DNA of 64,000 nucleotides from positions 1,408,001 through 1,472,000 of the forward strand of contig OZ253545.1 in NCBI GenBank assembly GCA_965262615.1, in the 5' to 3' direction. Positions 32,113 through 42,110 of the stretch are shown piece by piece. Under the pieces are notes generated by a model. That model made no database searches, was not told where the DNA came from, and was given only the letters and a program-made list of their open reading frames with translations. Made by a program: the position numbers and the translations under genes. Each line of letters starts with the position of its first letter. The stretch's first letter is position 1. The DNA is from Alphaproteobacteria bacterium. GTDB lineage: Bacteria > Pseudomonadota > Alphaproteobacteria > GM7ARS4 > G965262615.

Positions 32113-32235
32113 TTATCCGTTACGCTCTTGTTCCTCGCCATCCGTATGGATACGGCTATCAATCCACTGTTGGATGACAGATGTGCGCCAGCCGATGGCG
32201 CGTCCGCCTCGCTGAAGGGATTTGGGAAAATTCCC
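32113..32235 (-). pseudogene. alpA: Second AlpA remnant (5'-truncated)
   Basis: GNFPKSLQRGGRAIGWRTSVIQQWIDSR; close copy of the 25.1-25.2 kb remnant. Confidence 0.75.
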
Positions 32236-32252
32236 GAGGGTGGCATCTGAGA

Positions 32253-32295
<43 letters not shown>

Positions 32296-32298
32296 CGA

Positions 32299-32388
<90 letters not shown>

Positions 32389-32450
32389 AAAATGCCTTGA
32401 CAACCTAATCAATAGTCAATAGCTTGTGGATAAAATGTTTATAGGAGCTT

Positions 32451-33527
32451 GTGGATAGAATGTTTATAGGGCGTAGAAAGAATCTGAAGGTTATAGATTT
32501 GTTTTGCGGTATCGGCGGCTTGTCTCATGGGCTGATTAAAGAGGGGTTGGATGTCGTAGCTGGGATAGACAATGATGATACCTGTAAATTTGGCTATGAA
32601 TACAACAACAGGGCAAAATTCATACATAAAGATATTCTTGATGTAAGCGAAAACGAAATCAATCGTTTGTTTGGTGAAAAAGATAAAACAATTCGGGTGT
32701 TGGTTGGCTGTGCCCCTTGCCAGCCATTTTCAAAGCTGACTTTTGAAAAAGTTACCAAGAGAAAACTAAAGCCTTTGGAAAGATTTGCTCACTTGATAGA
32801 AACAACATTGCCTGACATCGTATCAATGGAAAATGTGAGAGACCTTGATAATGCTGAAAAACATAGTGCTTTCAAAGATTTTTTAGACACCCTTAGAAAC
32901 AATGGGTATGAGTATAGCTATGAAATAGTTGATGCATCAGACTATGGCGTTCCACAGAGGCGCAAAAGACTTGTTCTGTTGGCATCTCGCTTCGGCGAAA
33001 TCAAATTAATAGAGAAAACACACGAGAAAAAGAAAGCCACTGTGCGCGATGCCATAAAAAATCTTGAACCAATAAAATCGGGGGAAACGAGCAAATCTGA
33101 CCGACTTCACAGAGCTAGAAAATTGGGCGAGACTAATCTCAAGAGAATCAAATCCACCCCCCATGATGGCGGCGACTCTAGTGGCTGGCATGAAAGTTTG
33201 GTTTTGGAGTGTCACAAACAGGGGAATGGCAAAGATTACAGAACATCGGTTTATGGGCGCATGTGGTGGGATAAGCCCGCTCCTACCATGACAACCTATT
33301 GCGTTAGTTTAGGCAACGGACGCTTCGGACACCCCGAACAAGACCGAGCAATCAGTTTGCGTGAGGCGGCAATTTTTCAAACATTCCCAAAAAACTATTG
33401 CTTTGTTGACCCGAAAAAGCCTATTGTTGTTCAAGATGTTGCCAAATTCATTGGAAATGCAGTTCCAGTGAAACTTGGAGCAGTCATCGGCAGAAGCATC
33501 AAAAAACATGTGAGGAAGTATGTCTGA
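32451..33527 (+). CDS. dcm: C5-cytosine DNA methyltransferase
   Basis: DLFCGIGG, PCQPFS, ENV, PQRRKR, GNAV. Confidence 0.95.
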   Translation: MDRMFIGRRKNLKVIDLFCGIGGLSHGLIKEGLDVVAGIDNDDTCKFGYEYNNRAKFIHKDILDVSENEINRLFGEKDKTIRVLVGCAPCQPFSKLTFEKVTKRKLKPLERFAHLIETTLPDIVSMENVRDLDNAEKHSAFKDFLDTLRNNGYEYSYEIVDASDYGVPQRRKRLVLLASRFGEIKLIEKTHEKKKATVRDAIKNLEPIKSGETSKSDRLHRARKLGETNLKRIKSTPHDGGDSSGWHESLVLECHKQGNGKDYRTSVYGRMWWDKPAPTMTTYCVSLGNGRFGHPEQDRAISLREAAIFQTFPKNYCFVDPKKPIVVQDVAKFIGNAVPVKLGAVIGRSIKKHVRKYV

Positions 33528-35241
33528 AAGTGATTTTAAATTTGAATTATCATTAAGCATTCTCAATCACTTGGGAAGAAACTTGTATCGCAGTTTTACA
33601 ACTGTGTTGGGCGAGGCTATCTCTAATGCATGGGATGCAGATGCAAAAGAAGTCCATATTCATATAGATAAAAGAAGGGATGTTTTTTTTATTAAGGATG
33701 ACGGCTTTGGAATGACAAAAGAAGATTTTCAAGACAAATTTTTGAAGATTGGATATTCAAAAAGAAATTCGGGAGCGACAACGACAAAAGGGGGCAGACC
33801 AATTATAGGCAGAAAAGGCATTGGAAAATTAGCTCTGTTGTCTTGTGCTGACAGCATTGCTGTGATTTCGAAAGTAAGTGGAGGCGACTATACTGGTGGC
33901 ACTATTGATAATTCTGATTTAGATGACGCTATAAAAGATGACTTAAAAGCAGATAAGTACCTTCTTGGCGGTTGGAACATACGGGACTTCTCTAGGTATA
34001 CAATAAACCACAATCATGGGACTATTATTAGATTCAAAGGCATCAAAGGGGGCATAAGGAGCAGCTTGGAATTTTTGAAAAAAACCATGGCATTGTACTT
34101 TAGGTTCTCTCTTGTAGACCCAAATTTTAAAATTTACATAAATGATACCGAAATCACACTTGGCGAATTGAATAAATTGGCGGAGAAAACACAATTTCTT
34201 TGGAACATTAACAATTTCCAAGACCCGTATATCAGTCAACATTTGAAAAATTTAAAACAGACTGAAGCAATCGACATGGGGAAAGGGGTAGAAGGTTTTA
34301 TTGCTTCAGTGGAAAAACCAAGAAACTTGAGCATAGAAGGCATGGATGAAAAGGTGAGCATTGATCTTTTTGTCAATGGCAGACTTCGCGAGAAAGATGT
34401 TCTGAAAAATGTCACAATCGTGCAAGTAGCAAAAAACTACTTGTATGGACAAATCCATTTTAATGACTTGGATGATGATGAAGATAGATTTACCAGTAGT
34501 CGCGAGAGTATCGTCGCCGATGACCCTATGTATAATCAATTCCTGACAGATTTGGAAAAGAAGATTAGACAAATCGTGAGAAAATGGGATGAATTGAGAG
34601 ATGGAGTAAGGGATGACGGTGACCCCGAAAATGATAGAATTCCTGAAGCTACAAGGAAAGCGAAAGAGCTTGTCAACAAAGTCTCAAAAAGGCACTTTTC
34701 GTCAAAATACTCTGAAAAGGTCGTAACGGCTTTGCAAGAAGAAGCACAATATAATTTGATTTCTTACACGCAGTGTTTTATCTCGGAAAATTTGTTAAGG
34801 AACTATATCAGGGACAATAATCTTGTGCCGATGTCTTGCATGAAGATGCATGATGGGAAAGACTGTAAGAACCATCCAAAAAGCAAAAAAAATAAAAATG
34901 ATTGGTGTCCTTATTGTAGGGGAGTCTATCGTAGAAAAAATTATGCTTCTGAGAAAGAAAAAGCAAAATTATCTTTTGCAATAAGAGCCAATGGGCGAGA
35001 TATTTTGGGATATTTAGACTATGAGGAGTTGGCAGAAATTATTAAATCTGGTGCTGACAGAAAAGCACTAGAATATAGGGTTATTAGAGCCGAAGGAAAA
35101 GGATACAGACTGTGCAGAAATGTTGTCATGCATACATCTCTTTTAACAGAAGAGGCAAAAACTAGATTGACTTCCATTCTTGATAATATTGCAGCGGCAA
35201 TTGATGATTTCGTTGCAAAAATTAAGCCCAAATCAAAATAA
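33520..35241 (+). CDS. GHKL (MORC-like) ATPase with a putative C-terminal HEPN domain
   Basis: EAISNAWDA, DDGFGM, GRKGIGK, HGT; C-terminal ENLLR...YLDYEEL...RNVVMH. Confidence 0.8.
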   Translation: MSESDFKFELSLSILNHLGRNLYRSFTTVLGEAISNAWDADAKEVHIHIDKRRDVFFIKDDGFGMTKEDFQDKFLKIGYSKRNSGATTTKGGRPIIGRKGIGKLALLSCADSIAVISKVSGGDYTGGTIDNSDLDDAIKDDLKADKYLLGGWNIRDFSRYTINHNHGTIIRFKGIKGGIRSSLEFLKKTMALYFRFSLVDPNFKIYINDTEITLGELNKLAEKTQFLWNINNFQDPYISQHLKNLKQTEAIDMGKGVEGFIASVEKPRNLSIEGMDEKVSIDLFVNGRLREKDVLKNVTIVQVAKNYLYGQIHFNDLDDDEDRFTSSRESIVADDPMYNQFLTDLEKKIRQIVRKWDELRDGVRDDGDPENDRIPEATRKAKELVNKVSKRHFSSKYSEKVVTALQEEAQYNLISYTQCFISENLLRNYIRDNNLVPMSCMKMHDGKDCKNHPKSKKNKNDWCPYCRGVYRRKNYASEKEKAKLSFAIRANGRDILGYLDYEELAEIIKSGADRKALEYRVIRAEGKGYRLCRNVVMHTSLLTEEAKTRLTSILDNIAAAIDDFVAKIKPKSK

Positions 35242-35250
35242 CATAGCTCT

Positions 35251-36471
35251 TCACCCCACTGCCCAGAGAAATCCTTGAATAATTATTGCGTTCATGATGT
35301 CAATGAAGAACGCGCCCACCAGAGGCACCACCAGCAACGCCTTGGCGGACACGGCGTATTTCTCACCCACCGCGTGAATGATCGCGAGAGCCGTTGGGGT
35401 TGCTCCCATGCCGAAGCCGCAGTGTCCGCCGGCAATGACCGCCGCATCATAGCCGCCCCCCATCACGCGGTAGGTCACGAAAAATGCGAAGACCGCCATC
35501 ATCACCACCTGAGCGGTTAAAATCACCAGCAGCGGCGTTGCCAATGATGCCAGCTGCCACAGCTTCAATGACATCATCGCCAAGCCCAGAAAGAACGCCA
35601 GTGCAACGCCGCCCAAAACAGCAATCAATTGGGTGTCAAAGCGATACCAGCCAAAATAATCCGCTCCGTTGCGAATGATGACCCCCGCCACAATCGCCCA
35701 AATAAAACTGGGCATGGTGACATCAATCACGCCGCCCTTGCCCACAACCTGACTCATGGCAAACGCCGCCAGCACACACACCAACAATGCCGTGATGTGG
35801 GAAAACAAATGATGGGTGTCATTGTGCTCATCGGACCCACCAGACTTTTGCGGGTTTTGCGTCTGGCTCTTGGTGACGGCGGGCGGCGTGATGCCATGAC
35901 GCTCCATCAACAACCGCACGATGCGCCCGCCCAGCAGTCCGCCCGCAATCAAGCCAAAAGTGGCACAGACAAATGCCACCTCACGCGCCGCACTGAGCCC
36001 ATACGCGTCACGAAAAACCTCCGACCACGCAAAGCCGGTGTCGTGTCCGCCCGACAGCGTGATAGACCCCGCCAGCAAGCCAAGGGGCGCATCCAATCCC
36101 ACCAGCATCGCCATGGTGACCCCAACCGTGTTTTGTGCCAGCAGCAGCAATGTCGCCACCGCTAGAAACAACACAACGCCTCGCCCGCCCTCAATCAGCA
36201 GACGAATGCTGGCGTTCAGCCCCACGCTGGCAAAGGTGGCGATCATGAAAAACGGCAGCAACGCCTCCAAAGAATGACGCAAATCACCTCCAATCAAACC
36301 GCCCTGCCGCCAGCCCGTGCTGTGCGCCAGCAAGGACGCCACCGCAAACACCAAGCCTCCCACCACGGGCGCAGGAATGTTGTTGCGATCCAAAACCGTC
36401 ACTCGCGCATTCACAACGCGTCCGCCATACACAACCGCCGCCGCAAGAACAATAATAAGAACTGGCATCAT
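35251..36471 (-). CDS. gltS: Sodium/glutamate symporter
   Basis: IPAPVVGG, GSITLSGGH, GHCGFGMGATPTA, VPLVGAFFID. Confidence 0.92.
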   Translation of the reverse strand: MMPVLIIVLAAAVVYGGRVVNARVTVLDRNNIPAPVVGGLVFAVASLLAHSTGWRQGGLIGGDLRHSLEALLPFFMIATFASVGLNASIRLLIEGGRGVVLFLAVATLLLLAQNTVGVTMAMLVGLDAPLGLLAGSITLSGGHDTGFAWSEVFRDAYGLSAAREVAFVCATFGLIAGGLLGGRIVRLLMERHGITPPAVTKSQTQNPQKSGGSDEHNDTHHLFSHITALLVCVLAAFAMSQVVGKGGVIDVTMPSFIWAIVAGVIIRNGADYFGWYRFDTQLIAVLGGVALAFFLGLAMMSLKLWQLASLATPLLVILTAQVVMMAVFAFFVTYRVMGGGYDAAVIAGGHCGFGMGATPTALAIIHAVGEKYAVSAKALLVVPLVGAFFIDIMNAIIIQGFLWAVG

Positions 36472-36557
36472 GGTTCAATCTCCTGTTGCCGTGAGTGTAA
36501 CAAATGCTTGCCATTAATCAAAATGGTTAAACCAAAAATGGTTAAACCAGCTGAGAA

Positions 36558-36986
36558 TTAAGGACAGAGGTCTCTTGTGAGCAGATGTTGATGTTTCTTG
36601 TTCTGGTATATGCTCCCTCCGACAATATCCTTATCCGTGAAGTCGGCGTGCAGTTTCCTATCACTTGAGATCAACAGCTTGACCCTAGACACCTGAGCCA
36701 GAGCAATAATGTGGTGGTCATTAGAGCGAAGGTTCGATGATTGCAGTAATTTTTTCATCGCTTGCTCTACTTTGTTTTCAGGGATATATTTAACCCGTGG
36801 TGTTCTTCGGCGAGCTTTGAACCAGTCTTTCATTCCTTCGTGCCCTTCCAATTCCCTTTCCATTTCCTGCGTTGGCGAATAGGCTATTTTTCCACCTTTC
36901 TCTAACCACTTTCTCACAGGCTCCATATCTGGATTTCTCGGATTGAGAAAGTCACTGTATTTGTTTGTGTCCAGAATTAAACACAT
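36558..36986 (-). CDS. PIN-domain protein
   Basis: LILDTN, DHHIIALA, LISSD..L..DF. Confidence 0.75.
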   Translation of the reverse strand: MCLILDTNKYSDFLNPRNPDMEPVRKWLEKGGKIAYSPTQEMERELEGHEGMKDWFKARRRTPRVKYIPENKVEQAMKKLLQSSNLRSNDHHIIALAQVSRVKLLISSDRKLHADFTDKDIVGGSIYQNKKHQHLLTRDLCP

Positions 36987-36989
36987 GAA

Positions 36990-38348
36990 TCAATCCTCCG
37001 CAAAGCCAAGCAGTCTGTCGGATTCTTTGAGAAAAAAATCCCTGTATCCGTCCGGTGCTCCCAAGAAGTTTGCCTGTGCATCAAATGTGATGTTATAAAC
37101 ATCAACACTGTCGTCCAAAGGCTCCAGATAAATGAGTGAAACATCTTCGGGGAGTATGTTTCCTTTCATGATTTCAATGCGGGCGCGATCAATCATGGCA
37201 TCGCTGTGGGTCTCAATGATAAAATTATGATGTTTGTCTTTCATCAGATTTACGAGCAGGGAAGACAATTCCGCCTGACCTCTGGGGTGCAAATGCACCT
37301 CTGGTTGCTGCATCAAAAAGCTCACGGGGCGTGGTGCACTCAACAGACGAGCCAGAATGGGAAGAATCTGGCTGATGCCATAGCCTATATCTATCATATT
37401 CATATTGCCCTCTTGTTTTCTGACTTTGAACTGCAATTGAAACGGGTCCCCCATGGATTCTCCAAGATTTCTGACATCAATGTCCGTGAATAATTCTGAA
37501 GACTGACCAAATTCAACCAATCGTTCTCTGAGTTGCTGCCATTTCTTTGAATCTTTCCGTGACATGTTCCCCAACATCATTGGAACATCAGCACCATCGG
37601 AACTGATGACCTCGCTCAAAGGATCATAGGTGCGCTGTGGCTTGGAACGCATGGGTGCGAAACTATAATTTCTTTTCATATCCTTTCTTCCCATATACAC
37701 GAAGTGTGGATGGATGTTCCTTATTGATTGCAGGATGTTCCTTATTGATTGCAGGAGTTTGCTTTCATTGGAGGACAGTGCTTTCTCTTCTTTCTTCCAT
37801 CTGAGCAAAGAACTCACAGAACCCAAAACTTCAAAGATATTTCTAGGAACAGAACCCCCTGATACATCATTGATACGGAATATTTTCTTGCCATCCGTTT
37901 CAGAAAAGTCAATCGGTTTATCTTTCCGAGCACCTCTAAGGATAATGAATTCGTTGTCGCGACTAGATAATTTCTGTTCCCGAACAACGGGTTCAGAGCC
38001 TTTTTCTTTCTCACTGAGGGTCAAAACATATTCATATTCAATGTTTTCATTCCTGCTTTCAGACTGAAATTCATAGCCCAGCTTAAAGCTTTTCTCTTTA
38101 GGAGCAGGTTTTCTGACAATGTCTGCAAACACACCCATCTGATACGGCGCAGCATTGAAGTCCATGCCTTCTCTCTTTGTAGAACGATCTCTTGCCATTG
38201 CAAAACGAAATAGTGTGTCAAAACAGCCGAGAATGGTGGATTTGCCGGTGCTGTTCTCGCCCACCAGAAAGGTCAGGGGGCGGATGTCAAATTCATGCCT
38301 GCCGGCGAAACAGCGGACATCTTCAATGATTAATTTTCGGATGTTCAT
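36990..38348 (-). CDS. ABC-type (AAA_15/AAA_21-like) ATPase
   Basis: GENSTGKS, IGYGISQ signature, QQPEVHLHP, ETHS. Confidence 0.85.
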   Translation of the reverse strand: MNIRKLIIEDVRCFAGRHEFDIRPLTFLVGENSTGKSTILGCFDTLFRFAMARDRSTKREGMDFNAAPYQMGVFADIVRKPAPKEKSFKLGYEFQSESRNENIEYEYVLTLSEKEKGSEPVVREQKLSSRDNEFIILRGARKDKPIDFSETDGKKIFRINDVSGGSVPRNIFEVLGSVSSLLRWKKEEKALSSNESKLLQSIRNILQSIRNIHPHFVYMGRKDMKRNYSFAPMRSKPQRTYDPLSEVISSDGADVPMMLGNMSRKDSKKWQQLRERLVEFGQSSELFTDIDVRNLGESMGDPFQLQFKVRKQEGNMNMIDIGYGISQILPILARLLSAPRPVSFLMQQPEVHLHPRGQAELSSLLVNLMKDKHHNFIIETHSDAMIDRARIEIMKGNILPEDVSLIYLEPLDDSVDVYNITFDAQANFLGAPDGYRDFFLKESDRLLGFAED

Positions 38349-38526
38349 ATCCTCACCTCTATGTTCATATTCTCACCTCTATGACGGTCACGAAGTCGTT
38401 ACCCAATGTGTCTGTCACTTTGATGGTGACTTTGCAAGTGTCTGAGTTCCATTCGCGGAATTTCTCTATCGTAAGCCATTGCCACGCTGCCATCATTCAG
38501 CCTATAGATAGCACAAGCTGCAGCCG

Positions 38527-39786
38527 ATGACAAAGGCATCTCCTCATAGTTCAACAGGCACACTATCTGATGTGCGGGTTATTGATTTGACTCGGGTGCT
38601 GGCGGGTCCCACCGCCACTCAAATTCTTGGCGACCTTGGTGCGGATGTCATCAAAATAGAACACCCCACCCGAGGCGATGATTCCCGCCGCATGGGACCG
38701 CCCTACATCAAAGACCGCGACGACAAAGACACCAGCGATAGCACCTACTGGGCAAGCGTCAATCGCAACAAACGCTCTCTTGCCCTTGATATCACCCACC
38801 CCGATGGACAGGACATCCTCCGCTCTCTTGCCGCCAAAGCCGACATTTTCATTGAAAACTTTCGCCCTCTTAATCTCAAAAAATACGGACTGGACTACGA
38901 AACACTATCCAAAATCAATCCCCGATTGATTTATTGTTCCATCACGGGTTTTGGTCAAACAGGCCCCTACGCCACTCGCGGCGGCTATGATTTTCTCGTG
39001 CAAGCCATGGGCGGCTTGATGAGCGTCACCGGTGAGCCGAACGGCACGCCCGTCAAAGTGGGGGTGGGAATCGCCGATATCATCACGGGACTCTACAGCA
39101 CCATCGCCTGCCTCGCCGCCCTTCATAAACGCCAAGAAAGCGGCAAAGGGCAATCCATTGATATGGCGTTGTTTGATTCTCAAATCGCCGCTCTGAGCTA
39201 TGTGGGACAATCATACCTGTCGTCACAGCAATTGCCGGAACGCTTGGGCAATGAGCATCCTCACATTGTTCCCTATCAGATGTTTGCCGCGCGCGATGGA
39301 TTGATCATTCTCGCGGTGGGCAATGATGCCCAATTTGAGCGATTCTGCCAATTTGCTCACTGCACCGAATTGGCAAGCGATTCCCTCTTTGCCACCAATG
39401 ATGGACGGGTGCGCCACCGAGCCCAGCTCACGCCACGCATCGCCGCCATCATTAAAAAACACGATGTCGCTTACTGGGTGGATGGACTCAATGAGGTGCG
39501 TGTGCCCTGTGGCTCCATCAATGACCTAAGCCAAGTCTTTGCAGACGACCAATTGAAGGCGCGCTCTATGGTGCGTGACATGAATCATAGCAAGGGTGGC
39601 ACTCTGCCTGTCATTGCCAGCCCCATGCATCTCAGTGAGCATCCCGTTTCCTATCGCATCGCCCCGCCCCTTCTGGGTGAGCATAGTCACGCCATTCTCA
39701 CCGACCTGCTACAGATGACACAAGACCGCTATAGCCAGTTGCGCAGCGATGGAATTATCACCGACAAAGATGATAATTCCTCATGA
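38527..39786 (+). CDS. CaiB/BaiF class III CoA-transferase
   Basis: DLTRVLAGP, NRNKRS, ENFRP, GFGQTGPY, YD. Confidence 0.93.
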   Translation: MTKASPHSSTGTLSDVRVIDLTRVLAGPTATQILGDLGADVIKIEHPTRGDDSRRMGPPYIKDRDDKDTSDSTYWASVNRNKRSLALDITHPDGQDILRSLAAKADIFIENFRPLNLKKYGLDYETLSKINPRLIYCSITGFGQTGPYATRGGYDFLVQAMGGLMSVTGEPNGTPVKVGVGIADIITGLYSTIACLAALHKRQESGKGQSIDMALFDSQIAALSYVGQSYLSSQQLPERLGNEHPHIVPYQMFAARDGLIILAVGNDAQFERFCQFAHCTELASDSLFATNDGRVRHRAQLTPRIAAIIKKHDVAYWVDGLNEVRVPCGSINDLSQVFADDQLKARSMVRDMNHSKGGTLPVIASPMHLSEHPVSYRIAPPLLGEHSHAILTDLLQMTQDRYSQLRSDGIITDKDDNSS

Positions 39787-39854
39787 TTGTGTCTTGACTT
39801 TTACGCCTTGCCGTAGCATCATACGCCCTCTGTATTGTTGGGAGATAGAAACTC

Positions 39855-40229
39855 ATGTCTTTTTTTCGTTTAATGCTCGTGCCGATTGCGCTGTGTTGGG
39901 TGTGGACACTGTCCATTGGTGACTCGCACGCCCAGTGTATTTCACAAAGCCCAGACAGCGCAGTTTGTGACGAGTATGATGGTTTGCTTGATGACTTTGA
40001 CGATGCTCAAGGAGGCAATGCTGTGGCGGCGGCATTGTCTGGCATCCATATATCCAATCGCGCCCTTCACAAACTGGCTTTCAGTGCGGGGTATTTTGAA
40101 CAGTACGGCGCACTCGCCGTCCAGACAGCCGTGCGCTTTGATGATACTTTCTTCTGGGATGGCGGCATCGGAATCAACATCCCCGATAACGCACTCGGAG
40201 GAAGAGTTGCCATATCAGGTGAATGGTAG
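39855..40229 (+). CDS. Signal peptide + YadA-like anchor protein 1
   Basis: GGNAVAAAL helix, alternating beta-strands, C-terminal GEW. Confidence 0.65.
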   Translation: MSFFRLMLVPIALCWVWTLSIGDSHAQCISQSPDSAVCDEYDGLLDDFDDAQGGNAVAAALSGIHISNRALHKLAFSAGYFEQYGALAVQTAVRFDDTFFWDGGIGINIPDNALGGRVAISGEW

Positions 40230-40235
40230 GAAGAT

Positions 40236-40595
40236 ATGACAGTCAACAAAAAAAATCTTCTGTGTGTTCTGTGTCTTGCCCTTGGAATTGCCATGCCGGT
40301 CACCGCACACGCACAGGTCGTCCGTCCTGCTGATAATCGATTCCTCAGAGAGGAACTGGATATTGTGCGCGAAGCCGTTGCCATGTCCATTGCCCTCAAC
40401 CATGCCGATGTCAGCACCAACAAAAAACTCAAACTGTCCTTCGCCACAGGATTCTATGATGATGCCGTCGCCGTTGCGGCAATGGCTGGCTATCGTCCGC
40501 CAAAATTTGATGCCTTCACACTCAGAGCAGGAGTCGCGTACGGTATCGAAAATGAAGAATACGCTGGATCGTTCGGATTCGCAGCCCAATGGTAA
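40236..40595 (+). CDS. Signal peptide + YadA-like anchor protein 2
   Basis: AHA cleavage site, EAVAMSIAL, ATGFYDDAVAVA, C-terminal AQW. Confidence 0.65.
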   Translation: MTVNKKNLLCVLCLALGIAMPVTAHAQVVRPADNRFLREELDIVREAVAMSIALNHADVSTNKKLKLSFATGFYDDAVAVAAMAGYRPPKFDAFTLRAGVAYGIENEEYAGSFGFAAQW

Positions 40596-40615
40596 CCCTT
40601 GCAGGAAATAGTCCC

Positions 40616-40948
40616 ATGAAACCACTCTCATCCATCATCATCGCCTGTCTGTTGTTGTTTGCCCCTGACACAAACGCACAAAACGCACAGGTGAGAAGCC
40701 ACATCGCCAACCTTGCCGAAGATGCCGATGATAATACCGTCATCGGACTCGCGTTGGACGGACTGTTTGTTCATCCCGATAAAAAGTATGCCTTGTCTCT
40801 TGATAACGGCAGCTACTCCAAGGGCAACGGCATCGCCATCCAGTTTGGCTACCGATACGATAAAAAATGGTCTGGGGATGGCGGAATTTCCTTCTCGGAA
40901 AAAACGCAAAAACTGGGGGCGCGCATCTCTGTCGGCAGAGAGTGGTAA
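40616..40948 (+). CDS. Signal peptide + YadA-like anchor protein 3
   Basis: GSYSKGNGIAIQFGYRY, LGARISVGREW. Confidence 0.65.
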   Translation: MKPLSSIIIACLLLFAPDTNAQNAQVRSHIANLAEDADDNTVIGLALDGLFVHPDKKYALSLDNGSYSKGNGIAIQFGYRYDKKWSGDGGISFSEKTQKLGARISVGREW

Positions 40949-41450
40949 AAAACGGTCAATCCCGCAGCAAATCATTGATGGATGTCTTGGCGCGCGTCTG
41001 AGCATCCACCTTTTTGACAATCACCGCCGCCGCCAATGACGCGCCGCCCGCCTGCTTGGGTGCTGCCGTCCCCGGCACCACCACCGAATAGGGTGGAACG
41101 AAGCCATAGGTCACCTCTTATGCCTTGTCTCTTGATAACGGCAGCTACTCCAAGGGCAACGGCATCGCCATCCAGTTTGGCTACCGACACGATAAAAAAT
41201 GGTCTGGTGATGGCGGAATTTCCTTCTCGGAAAAAACACAAAAACTGGGTGCGCGCATCTCTGTCGGCAGAGAGTGGTAAGAAACGGTCAATCAATCCCG
41301 CAGCAAATCATTGATGGATGTCTTGGCGCGCGTCTGAGCATCCACCTTTTTGACAATCACCGCCGCCGCCAATGACACGCCGCCCGCCTGCTTGGGTGTT
41401 GCCGTCCCAGACACCACCACCGAATAGGGTGGAACGAAGCCATAGGTCAC
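40787..41450. repeat. Tandem duplication of about 330 bp (40787-41114 and 41119-41450)
   Basis: Both copies span the convergent 3' ends of anchor gene 3 and dapD; scattered substitutions. Confidence 0.93.
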
Positions 41451-42110
41451 ATCTCCTGATTCTCGGTCAATAATCTTGGTGGAGGCGCCAATAAAAACGC
41501 CCATAGACAAAACCGAGCCTTCACCAATCACAACCCCTTCGGCAACTTCAGAGCGCGCACCAATAAAACATTCATCCTCAATAATCACCGGTGCCGCTTG
41601 CAAAGGCTCTAACACGCCGCCAATGCCCGCTCCTCCCGAGATATGACAGCGCGCCCCCACTTGGGCACATGAACCCACCGTTGCCCATGTGTCAATCATT
41701 GTGCCTTCGCCCACATGCGCCCCCACATTGACAAATGACGGCATCACAACAACATTCCTGCCAATATACGCCGACTGACGCACCACCGCCCCAGGAACCA
41801 CGCGAATACTTGCCTGCTCCCATTGTGCTTTTTTCCAATGGGCAAATTTCAGTGGCACTTTATCATACGCCATGAAGCCACTCACCACATCATTGCCACG
41901 GAGCATAAAGGACAGCAAAATCGCCTGTTTGAGCCACTGATGCACCTGCCAGCCGTCATCACTCTTGCTGGCAATGCGAAGCCGTCCTTCATCCAGTGCT
42001 TGCAGAGCATCATTCACCGCCTTGATGATGGCGGCGGGGGGATTGTTCTTCCATGTCTCACGGGAGGCGTATGCCTCTTCAATGGTCTTTTGCAGAGGTG
42101 TGTCATTCAT
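41292..42110 (-). CDS. dapD: Tetrahydrodipicolinate N-succinyltransferase
   Basis: [29 protein letters not shown]. Confidence 0.97.
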   Translation of the reverse strand: MNDTPLQKTIEEAYASRETWKNNPPAAIIKAVNDALQALDEGRLRIASKSDDGWQVHQWLKQAILLSFMLRGNDVVSGFMAYDKVPLKFAHWKKAQWEQASIRVVPGAVVRQSAYIGRNVVVMPSFVNVGAHVGEGTMIDTWATVGSCAQVGARCHISGGAGIGGVLEPLQAAPVIIEDECFIGARSEVAEGVVIGEGSVLSMGVFIGASTKIIDRESGDVTYGFVPPYSVVVSGTATPKQAGGVSLAAAVIVKKVDAQTRAKTSINDLLRD

